DNA of 64,000 nucleotides from assembly GCA_020536535.1 (NCBI GenBank), contig JAHLWZ010000470.1, forward strand, positions 62,001 to 126,000, written 5' to 3'. This DNA comes from Pelomyxa schiedti. Lineage: Eukaryota > Protista > Evosea. Under the pieces are notes generated by a model. That model searched no databases. It was given only the letters and a program-made list of their open reading frames with translations, and was not told the origin of the DNA. Shown here piece after piece: positions 49,901 to 60,900 of the stretch; the stretch's first letter is position 1; each line of letters starts with the position of its first letter. The position numbers were made by a program, and so were the translations under genes.

Positions 49901-52035
49901 CAAATTGAACCCAAAGTACATCAAGGACTATTATGCACACTCCATAACAGCTACTATTGTATCTGAGATATGTGAAGTAATCTTAAGGAACACAAGTGGC
50001 TGCTTTGGCCTTCAAGTCTCTACTCCTAGCCACTTTTTCTTTTCCCTTACAGCCTGTATCCAGTCTAAGTCTAGCGTTACCCCACCAACCCTTCACCAGC
50101 GCAGGCTTTCCCATTGCACACTTGCTGAAATCGGTCTTCAGTTTTTTATTACAATTACAAGTATCTCTAATCACCTGTAACCACTATTTTTACTCTTTAT
50201 AGAATGTGGTTCCCTCGAAGTGGTAGAAAATGCTACCACATGGAGAGTAGTTGTATTTATGCTGCAGCCTCATTCAGTGATTCCCCTTTGTCTTCAAAAA
50301 CGTGCCTTTGATTTGCTGCTTCATACTCCCAGTTCTAGCACCCTTTTTTCCAAGGTTCCTTTAGACCTGATTCGTTCACATGCCACACGCGATAGTCCTT
50401 TGGCGCCAAGAGCCTTTATGCTTTTCACTAGGAATGCTTCCCATTGTATTTACCCAACTACTATCAAAGATCCTCATTTTTTCAGGTGCTGGCTTTCTCC
50501 AACAACATCGACTTGACAAAGTAATTGTTGAAGTTCTTCAGAGCCCAGTTGAACCCAGTGTAGGTGGCCAACCTTCTGATACAGTGTTATTCCACTCTGT
50601 AGTCAATTTCCTCTTCACATGTGTTAAACAGTGTGTGTTCTTGTTTTCATTACTGTACTGATCTCCATCAGTCCTAATTGCCTTTCTGTTGATTTTTTGG
50701 AAATTCTTATTCAGCACTGGAAAAAAGTATCCACCAGCCAACCTCTATTTGCTTACTGAAATCATAGTTATCACTTACCCCTGAAGTCAACCTGCTGCAG
50801 ATTTGTGGTAGTATGGATATCACAAACCTCGAAGCAGAGACAATTTTTCATACATCCTGGAAATATGGCGCTATAAGTATATGGATATTGCATTTCCCCA
50901 TTTAAATAGTTTCAGCTCCTGCAAATGACTCTAGTTTACCTGAGCTGCCCCCAAGTCCAAAAATTCCCAGTTGGGCACCAAGTACTCCACAGCTCACTCC
51001 TTGGAACACACAGGTGCGCCTTCATCATAAGTCCTTTCATCTGACAAACCTCAGGGACTCACTGATGTTGACGTTCACCTTTATCAGCCAACTACCAAAT
51101 ATGAAAGCACTCTTCAAAGGCGTATTATCACCCTATGGTAAAGCAATAATAATAAAAAACCCACCAAAGAACTCAAGTCATCTATAGTTTATTGTCACAT
51201 GACAATCTTGTACCAGTGCTCGCCCTTTCCTCACAATCCCCACTTGGTTTTATTGTTCCTCACTGGACTCTGGACCTGCGCTCCTTTGTCAGAAGTAGTG
51301 TTCCTTGAACCTTTTCCAGGGTTAATTGTGTTAAGTGCCACACATAACAACACAGGCGCTGCTTCAAGGTTTCTGTGGAATATCGTCGGCTCTAGTCTAC
51401 CTACACTCTTTACATGTTCCTTCCATGGGAGTCGATCCTGGTGAGAACCCTAACTTGCCATAAACAACCTATTTACTTCTTGAAAAGATAGAATTAAGGT
51501 ATTGCAATATCAGATTGAAACTCTCATGTTTCAAAGGTGTGCCTTAGTAACGACAAAGTCTTAATGAAGTTGTTGCTCAAAGGGATCCCATCCCATGAAG
51601 GTTTGTTCGAGTGCACCCTTCCCTTAATTGATTCACAAAGATATCCATTCTACTTACGGAACCTCGAAGGATCCCGTTGGCCAAATCCCTTTGAGTGATA
51701 TCTATTGCATTGGCGCGCTCTTGCACAGTATAATTCAGCGGAAAGTTGTGTGGCCTCCAGAAGTGCCGTACGATGCACTCCATCCACCTTTTTTTTTCCC
51801 TTCCAACCAACACACAGACTCACTTTACCTGGGCCTACGAACCGCAATGAGCGGGCATCACCTCCACCAAACCACTTCCCGGAATACCTTCTGCTTATAT
51901 CCCAGTGCTGCTCACAGGCACACTTTCCGCATTTCTCTTCTGTCACCCGTTTTACACATACCACAGAACCCAGGCGAGGAACCGCAGTTGGCTACTGTTC
52001 ACCAACAACTACTACTACTCAACAAAAGAGAGTGA
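46950..52035 (+). CDS. TKL-type protein kinase + helical (ARM/HEAT-like) region + C-terminal pseudokinase, multi-exon
   Basis: Kinase 1: 'HSNIVFCHG', 'MASALDYVHSKGFLHCDVKSNN', 'DLG', 'RWTAPE', 'DVYSYGITLWEL', 'CWSPTPGNRPEF'. Kinase 2 (about 51000-52035): 'HDNLVPV', 'ISSALVYLHSLHV', 'SDIYCIGALLHSII', 'LISQCCSQNPGEEP', with no HRD/DFG. Confidence 0.8.
49287..49314 (+). repeat. (CCTTACT)x4 heptamer repeat, probably intronic
   Basis: ccttactccttactccttactccttact. Confidence 0.85.
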
Positions 52036-52118
52036 AACCCACTCTTAGTACTAGGCAACAACGCAAATGAGGGCCCGGCTCATACACAAAAGAGGGTTTT
52101 TGAACCCCAAAAACTGAG

Positions 52119-52134
52119 GTTACAAATTTGTAAC
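52119..52134. other. Perfect 16-bp palindrome GTTACAAATTTGTAAC in the kinase/ART intergenic region
   Basis: Read directly; a second TTGTAACC arm follows at 52135-52142. Confidence 0.85.
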
Positions 52135-52299
52135 TTGTAACCAAGAAGAATCAAAACAACAGGTTTTGTCTTACTAGTTCATTGATTGGATTTAGCTAGT
52201 TTTCAAGCGCCCCAGTGACGTGGAAACTGTTTTCCGCAACCTAAAAAAAAAAAGACTCAACAACAGTAAAAACTGAGCAAGAGGGATGCCATACCAATC

Positions 52300-53140
52300 C
52301 TACGAATCTGCAGTGAACACAAATGCATCTCTTGTTCTGCAGAGGAAGCGAACTTTCTGCCACGGTGGAATCAGAAACTCAGCCTCCTCAGGGTGCGTGC
52401 TAACATCTCCAAGGTACTTTTTAGGCACGTTCTCGAACTTGAGCAGCACCGGGCCAAATCCCATGGCAACATCCCTCCTGGCTGAAGTAGCCGCGAATGA
52501 CTTCATTGAGAACGGCCGGTTCCGCAGGTCAGTTACTATGCTCTCCAATCTCGCCTGGTCCACGTCTATTCCCCTCCATGTGTCAGTGTCCCTGTTTGGC
52601 GTGTCACGACAAGAATGAGCCAGGGCCACGGCGATCTTGTCGACCTCCTGGGCCACGAGTGCGCCGTTTGGGCTGTCGGATAGCATGCAATCTCGTATCT
52701 TGTGGTACACAGAGTCGGTCGACCACAGCCACAGAGCTATTGCCTTGGTGCGCGCGTCGAGGTTCTTGATCGGGGATATGACAGGGAGAGGGATCTGACA
52801 CATGGAGAGGCCGCCCTGGACAACAACGTCCCAGAAATCGGGCAGCTTACGCAACAGGCAGCGAGGCAAATCGGTGCTGGGGCTGGTCGTGAATTGAAAA
52901 TCACTGATGCGCGAGGTAAATCTTGCATTTCTTTTGGTATAACTCATCCTCCCCACGGTAGATCCGACACTGAACGCTTGGAGACTTGACCTGAGCCTTG
53001 TTAATGTGGAAAAATAAAAAGAACAATAATCCGTCACTTATGTTGTAGCCGAGATTGACATGTTCCAATTTTAGGACAACAATGACATGTTGGCATGTTT
53101 GCAGGCAACATAAAGCATGGATCAAGGAAACGCAGAATGT
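52300..53140 (-). CDS. Mono-ADP-ribosyltransferase, ARTC (R-S-E, VIP2/C3-like) fold; 5' end uncertain
   Basis: 'AIALWLWSTDSVYHKIRDCM' helix, 'TWRGI' (catalytic R), 'SFAATSARRDVA.GF' (STS-like), 'DVSTHPEEAEFLIPP' (E-x-E). Intron near 52998-53037. Confidence 0.8.
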
Positions 53141-53199
53141 GTGCATTATGCTTTCTGGGATCGTGATGGTACCCTAGCCCTGAGGTAGGTCCTGTTTTC

Positions 53200-56100
53200 A
53201 GTTCATCAGTTTCCGATCACATACAACCGAAAACGAAGCCACACAGGGCTGCACGGGGGCGGCCCGGGAGGGCCATTTGCACCAATCCCAACAGTGCATA
53301 CTTCCGAGCAGAAAGTTCGCTTGTGGCGTTGCTAAAGAGGGCTCTGCAAGGGACCTGGGACCCCATGGACACACTGGCGGCAACATTCTCCCAGAGGCCA
53401 GAGCTTTTCGCGCGCTTGCGCAATTGGGCAGAGTGGTTGGTGGATAATAGATCCGAGGCTGAGTGGGAGGCAGTTGCAGTGGAGTGGGCCAAGGCTGCTG
53501 GAAGATCACAACAAACCACAGCTGAGGCACAGGTCCAGCGAGACCTCTGGGCCATTTTTAACCAGAGGTCCAAGCACTCGTACACGCGGCAACTGTTTCT
53601 CCACAGTCTCAGTGAGCTGCAAAGTTTAAAGCCAAGGCTTGCCAGAGTTATCTTGGCGCTCTCGTACATTATGAAGGTTGTTCAAAGCACTTTTTTTTGA
53701 GGGTATTTTGTCCCTCATTTCTTCTATAGTATGAAGCACCAGAAATTCGGGTAGATATAGACACAAATACCACACTCACACCATCCACCACTGCCACAAC
53801 ATCAACTACAGCAACATCCACCCCCGCAGCTGTACTCATAGCCCCAATTTCATCTTCTCTACTGCCTTTGGACCTTAGTGCCACAGCTGATTCTAGCCTT
53901 GGCTCAGCTGAGCCTGAACTGGGCACAACACTCTTCCATAAGACATGGGGTACAACCGAGACCACATGTGACTCATATTGGGCTCACAAGCTAAAACTGG
54001 AAGATATAAACAATCTTTCTGCCAAGAATTGGCCACAGCGGGATAGACTGGCCATGGAAAAATTACTCCAAAACAGCAATGTAACCTATGAAATATATGG
54101 GGAGGATAATGGCCAGGCATGTGAGCGGCTTGGATGGAGCCTTGGTTGGCCTGTTATCACATGTACTCTCTTGGAACCAAATGATGGTACCATGGGCTGG
54201 AAAATTTCACATGAAATTAACATAAAGATACACCTAGTGACATTATCGGAACTCAAATCCAAATATCTTGATGGAAAACCATACCTATTTTGTCTACACT
54301 GTTCCCAGGTTTGGAACTTGAGCATGATTCATAAATAGTGATTTTTTAACAAAAAAAAAAGAAAGACTGTGACAAACTGCCAGACATATGTCAGTAAGTT
54401 TACTTATATTTTCTGTGCACACTGCTCATAGATTTGGCATAGAATTTTTAAGCAAATCAACTCTAACCTCCGCATTGTCTTGATTGGGTTGGAGCCTATT
54501 GCACTAGAAAAAGCTGGTTTGCCCTATGGGTTTTGCTATTCACTGGTATGTTATCTTCCCCCAGTTCCTATTTTAATAAGGAGTGAAGGATATGTCACTT
54601 ACGTACCAATCAGTTCTAGCCACTTTAGCTTACCTCTTTGGTGAAGGATCCTTATTCTTTGGGACTCACCACCAAGTCCAAGAGATAGAGAAGGTGTTAC
54701 CTACTTCTTAGCTTTATAGCCAATAACTTCCCGATTTTCAGCTTGCAACAAAACTTGTTGGAAGCAGAGAACTGCTCAAAAAGTTTCTTGAAATGTACAG
54801 AGTTCTAATGTTAAAATACCAGTGGAGCTATTTTTATATTGTTGACAGAGTGTACAATGATTACACAAAAAAGACATTCAAATCCATTAGTGACTGCCTC
54901 AGGAAAGCATATGACAACATGTGCAACCCGTATACTAAGTGATCACCCTGCCAGTCTTAAATGTGAAGCAGGCATCAGAGCACAATGAGGATAGAGAAAA
55001 AATACTTGCAGAAATGCCTGGATATTGCATGGGGTGCTTCAAGGTGCATGCAGAAGTCCTCGGAATCAGCAATTGTATCTGTTCTTATCCCAAGGAACAC
55101 TGAAGGTTTCTTTTTCTCTTTTCCATATAACCATCAGCAGATTACTATCAAGTCATAAAATTGGGCAGCTTGTTGAACATAGCTGGAATATTGAGAGTTA
55201 CACCCGTTCCTGATGGTGCTCTAATCACTCCCCCTTCACCTTGGGTGATGGACAGGCTCACTTCAAGGCAACATGACCTACTCTGGTTTACAGGCTCATT
55301 AGAAAGTCTCTCTCAGTTCCGGCCCACTGTTGGTGGATCAGTAATGGAGCGCGCTGTATTTGAGGAAGTGGCATCAGGGCCCAGTCCTTTGATTACAACC
55401 ATATGTGAGAACACAGATTACTGGATTTTCCCTTGTAAATTGTCTCCATTGCCTGCATAAACCCAGTTTAAATAGTGAGGAACAAGTCAAAAGCACAGAA
55501 GTTCAAAAATGTGGCTGATGTTGACTGCAGAATTCTGATGGAAAGGGGCACTGTGGCCATTGCTGGAGATGAAAGCACTGGCCTTACATTTAAGATTGAC
55601 CTTCGCTTTGTACTTATGAAGCTCAGTTTGTGTAGTTTCTTTTATTTTGTCTCCTCTCTGAAATTGACTGCTCTGTAGAAGGTCACACAGACATCAACCC
55701 CTTCATACCATGTATGTCTATCAACAAACATCACCACTCCCAAATACATGCAGGCAATATCCAGATTTCCGTGGAACGAGACGGGAATACAAAAAAGTGC
55801 AAGGACTTCTTTATTCTGTCAACAGAAAGAAATGAGGCTTGTATGCTATCACCAAGATACTAGATTTTCTCATCCAAAATAGCATTCATAGTGTTTTTTT
55901 CCCTTTACCCTTTTACTTTTGATGTGGACCTCCAGTGTTTCCTTCATGGAATTACAGACCAGAACACACCAAATTGTGTATGTTGCCCAACCCATAATTG
56001 GGTCCCTCTCCATTTATTGGCTTTCTCTCTTCAGCTTGCTGGCAGATCCTTCCAGATGCAAATCTTTCACCACTTTGTGATTGTGTGTGGCTCACAGGCC

Positions 56101-56703
56101 CTTGCTCTAATGAAGCACATTCCAGATCTATGGGAGTCCCCCGCCAGTGATGAAGTGGTCTGGCCTGATCCATGTAGATGTATGAATTAAGTAATTACCA
56201 CTAGATTAACAACTTATTAGCTGGTGATGACCAGGTCATAAACTTGAAGTTCACAGAACTGAGAGACTTCCTTAAAGGCAAGGATCAGATTGAGTTTGCT
56301 TCCCTCAAGGAACTCATACAAGATGACCCAAAGTTGCAAAAAAAACTCATCAATGGTCACCCATCTGTTGAGGGAGCTCAGCTCTTCCTGAAGGAGGCAA
56401 AGGCTTTGAGGCTGGAACATCTTGTGTGTACTTGTGTCATTATATTTTTTGACCACCTTACAGAAGAATAATGTACGCAAATATTTGCCACCCCAGAACT
56501 ACTACCTACAGGGGGTGCTGGACCTGCTTCCAGATGAAGGCACAGTCCATGAGCAGCTCTCATCACTAACAAATAGTGTCTCAGCTGATTGTGTGGTAAG
56601 GGCATTGGGTCACAAGTTTGTGCCATATTTCATGGAGCAATACACTACATGTGATGAAAGACAAACCAACCCACCAGCTTCTAAGAAATTGAGAAAGCAA
56701 TAA
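53200..56703 (+). CDS. Paralog A: putative Crinkler/RHS-like effector (degenerate NTPase + wHTH + PD-(D/E)xK-like nuclease), multi-exon
   Basis: Colinear homology with 57961-61577 over the whole length; 'NLRIVLIG', 'AGILRVTP...LITPPSPWV', 'GGSVMERAVF', 'KIDLRF', 'GNIQIS'; C-terminal NLS-like PASKKLRK. Family call is inference. Confidence 0.6.
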
Positions 56704-57462
56704 CAATAAAAGCAAACCAGTTTTTTAAATGGTACATTCCCAAAGAGGCTCTGTTGATGTTGACAGCTTCCAGGGGTACCAGTAGTGACTAATTCGCCAT
56801 AGAACCAGTGGCTGGGTTCAAAATGTTGTTTAATGTGATGGAGTGCCATGTTATTAGAAGTTTACATTTTGTTTGTAGGTAGCTTGGGAAGATTTTTGTA
56901 TTTTGTGGTGTGTGGTGATACCGGGATGTGGGAAAGGCCTGCAGAGTACCTGAAGAGTTTCTCTCCCTTATTAACTACAACGCAGGCTGCCCACCACCAG
57001 AATCAAAGTTCCGAACCTAATCCCAAAGGCGGCAGCTGAAACAGGTGTTGTGAAATAACCAAAGGTGAAATCGACGCGGTTGTAACTCAGACCCAGCAAG
57101 CCCTACGTCTGCAGGGGTAAACTTGTTAGTGAAGCCAAACGACACCGGAGAGCCAACATATTGTTAACGTACATTTGGCACTGAAAGGTCTTTATAAGCA
57201 TGGAGACACCATGTATCCTTGCAACAGTTATTCGGGTCTCTTTATATGTTACCACCGCTGTTCTGACCTTGCTTTCTGTTGATATATAAGTCAGAAAATG
57301 TTTGTTCAGCAGGGAGGCGTTCCTCCAATCTTATAACTCACACACTGTAAGAGAATGTAGAAAACAAAAGCATTGATGTTGGGGCCGGTCTGGTTCCCCT
57401 GCGCGAGGGAGCATTCCGTGCCTGGTGCCACTTAAGATCTAATAGTTCAGGTACCTCACGAA

Positions 57463-57804
57463 AAAACAACCGACTGTCTGCAGTGCGGCTCTGTGCGCTG
57501 CCGCTTCATTTCTAATCCTCAACTTATTACACTTTTCTCACTTATTGCCCAGTTAATCTTGCATGGCCTAAAATGTCTCCACTNNNNNNNNNNNNNNNNN
57601 NNNNNNNNNNNNNNNNNNNNNNNNNNNNNNNNNNNNNNNNNNNNNNNNNNNNNNNNNNNNNNNNNNNNNNNNNNNNNNNNNNNAAAACAACCGACTGTCT
57701 GCAGTGCGGCTCTGTGCGCTGCCGCTTCATTTCTAATCCTCAACTTATTACACTTTTCTCACTTATTGCCCAGTTAATCTTGCATGGCCTAAAATGTCTC
57801 CACT
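57463..57804. repeat. 121-nt exact direct repeat flanking a 100-N gap (57463-57583 = 57684-57804)
   Basis: Direct comparison of the sequence. Confidence 0.95.
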
Positions 57805-57960
57805 GGAGCTCTGAACTTGCCGGACTCAGTTTCTGTAATCCTCCTATTGACACCCCCTTTTGGGAGATGCCACGCTCCATGGTATTCGTAACTCAAAATT
57901 GCAAACCCACATCTTTTCTTAAAAAAAAAACCACAATGAAAAGTGAAGCTATGTATACTT

Positions 57961-60900
57961 CTATGTACCATTTGGTGGGTGGGGTCTCTTTCTTGTGGTA
58001 TCAACTCTATTCTTTTTGAGAGGAACAGTAGCAGGATTTGCATTGGCAGCATCACTTGCGGCTGGTTCCTGGTCACAGTACTGCTCCCAATAGCCTGGTG
58101 TAAACTTGTGGGTGAGCTCTTTGAGGCGGAATTCAACGGCATATGGGGAGGTGAGGTTACTCAGGCCTTGTCGCACTTCATCCTTGTCAGGCAGCAGATC
58201 CAGAGCTCCTTGTAATAGGTGGTTGCCAGGGGGGATAAAATTTTTTTTAATTGTTTGCTTCTGTGGTAGTGGTTAATACCAAAAGGGAAAAAGAAAGCTA
58301 GGTTGGTGCACATACGAGAAGCTGAAGGCTATGGGTTCCGGCTTCCATGCAGAGAAACTGAGCACCCTCGGCTGATACCTCGGCATTGAGGAAATGCTTA
58401 AACAACTTCTCGTTGTTCATGATGAGCTCCTGGTGTGAGTTAAGCATAAACCGTTCCTTGCCGTGCAGCAAATCTTGGAGTTTGGCAAACTTTTCATCAT
58501 CCTCTTCTGTGAGGACTAAGTGTTAGTTGGGTTGCACAACATTTCTTTAGGTATCACATACCGGTGGGTTGCTGCCAGGTTCCAACATTCCCACTAGGGC
58601 ATGCCCACAAGTCTGGGATCTGTTTCATGAGGCTGATGGCTTCTGCACCACTAACTATGAAGAATTCTCGAAATACAGCTTCATCAAAGTCTTTACCAAC
58701 AAGCTGGCAGGTGGGAGTCAAAATGTGCAAGTCTATTGCGCAAAAACTTACACAGTTGGGTTTACATTGTTGAATGCCTCGAAGGAAATTTCGTAAATCC
58801 TCTGTTAACTCAAAGGGATATAAGCAAAGGAAGACGATCTTTGCTGGGTTTTTTGTGGATGTAAGAAGACATTAAAAGATTTTTTTTGAGAGCATACATG
58901 CGAAATTTAGAAGTGTCATCAGTATAAAGAATTCTAGACATTTTAGAGCATTACCTTCCCGTTCTGCTGAGGCTTGGACATTGCCTGTTTTATTTTTGTT
59001 GTCAGTTGCTGTCTCAGCGCATAACTGGAAGGTAGGGTAATAGACATACATGTGATGTTGGAGGGGAGGGAGCCATCTACACCTACATAAATATTAGGAG
59101 CAGGTACCAATAAATTCTGGTCCCCAAACCAATTCTCTCAAGACTGAAACATAGATCAATTTTGCAGGTCTTTCCAGTACTCTCGTCGCCAGCAACGCCA
59201 ACGATTCCTTGCCCTCTCAGTATATCACATTTCGCTTTAGCGGCATCATTGAATTTAAGGTATGACGCTCTGTTCTGCACTGGTTGTTGTCAGTGTAAAA
59301 TAAGAGTAATTGAGAAAGTTACATGGGCTCAGCCGATATTGGGATTGTCCATTAATGAAGGACAAGAACGCTGTGGGACCCGTTGCTACTTCATGGAATA
59401 GACCACGCTCCAACACCACCCCTCCAACACTGGGGCGTAGCTGACAGATTTCCTTAAGAGAAGGTGTAAACCACCGAAGGGTATGGTGTCTGGTGCTAAG
59501 CACATCCATAGCCCATGCTGAAGGAGGGGTGACCAGTGCCCCATTTTTAACTGGTGTTACCCTTAGCACACCAGCAGTGTGGAGTGTACCTCCAAGCTGC
59601 ATTATTTTGCTGTAATCTACTGGAAGTTAAAGGGATGTAAAGTTACAGAATGGTGGTACCTTCTGTATTACGGGGAATTAATATGGACTTAATGGTGAAG
59701 TTGGGGGACCTTTCTAGATAGCGAGGAGCACTCCATACAATATCCAGACACCGAGTAAAGTCTTTCTTTATTTGAGGCATCTTAGTGTAGTAGCTATGTT
59801 ACAGTTAGGGACATAAGGTGATAACTTGTTAACATACGAATTAAACAACCAGTCGTATGAACGCCTTAAACAATCACTAATGGATTTGAACTTCATTGCT
59901 TCATGATCACTGCAAACTCTGTGAAACTGGGTTAGGAGGTAAGAGTGCTTCTTGGGTACATGCATCTCAAGAAACTTCTTTAAAAGTTCTTTCTGCTCAG
60001 CGAGCTTTGGTGCCAGCTGTAAAAAGTAGGAGAAAAAAATTGTAGAATAACAGTAAACTAAACCTTTCCAATTTCTTGGTTCTGATGACAGCCCCCAAAA
60101 AATAAGGATGTTTCTCCAAATATATAAAACAAAGTATCCAGAACTGTTTGACTATCAAGAGACATGTCCTAAGGTATGGGGTCCATATTACAAGGTAAAA
60201 ATGGTGCAACAAGAGAACCAGAGTACAACTAGCTGGCATTCCTATCTCATTTAGGGTATTAGGTGCCACTCCACTCAAGACGACGCGGAGGTTGGGGTTG
60301 ACCTCTTTTAAACACCTTTCAAAGAAACGTGAGAAAAAAAAAACATAAAAAGGAATCTTACAGGTATATATCTTGGAGCCTATCACATTCCTTTGAAAGG
60401 TGAGGAGGAAAACCGGTTTGAGACTAAAACCTGAGAACACTTCAAATGATACAGACATGGTGCCCCTTCGAGGCTCTTGACTTCTAATAAGGCAGCTCGA
60501 ATGTGTATCCAATTAGATTGAGGTGTCATCAGTCATTAGAGTTACCTTGATCAAATGTTTTAAGACGTTTGGTAATGATAGCCCAGTTGAGAGTGGCTGC
60601 CAGCCGTGTCAGCACTTTAGAGGTGTCCTCTTTGATAACTTCAAAGGGGCCGGTATTGGCTTCTAGTTTCTCCTTGGCCAACCTGTCAGGTGAAGGCCAG
60701 TTTGCTGACGATAAGTTCTGGATGGTTTCAAGCTTCAACTTGTGCGCATAATAAGAGTCGGATGTACAATCGGACTCATTCCACGTGATATCGAAGAGGT
60801 TGGAGTGGAGATTAGGTTGTGGAACTGGGTATGCAACTGGGGTATCAATTGGAGAGATTATAGGCACTGGAGAAGAAGATATAGAGGATGTTGTGGTGGA

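Noticed and set aside
51577-51964. Minus-strand ORFs suggesting a separate gene
   Set aside because: The plus strand encodes kinase subdomains IX-XI here.
52286-52618. Plus-strand 110-aa ORF with ATG
   Set aside because: Antisense to the ART catalytic core with no recognisable motif; kept only as a possible relic start in the promoter hypothesis.
53040-53150. Possible RING finger N-terminal to the ART domain (HTFC..LI...CLQTC)
   Set aside because: Ligand set incomplete and the frame does not splice cleanly onto the ART exon.
57463-57804. Direct repeat between the two paralogs, suggestive of an LTR or target-site duplication
   Set aside because: Exact 121-nt copy on both sides of an N gap; assembly overlap artefact.
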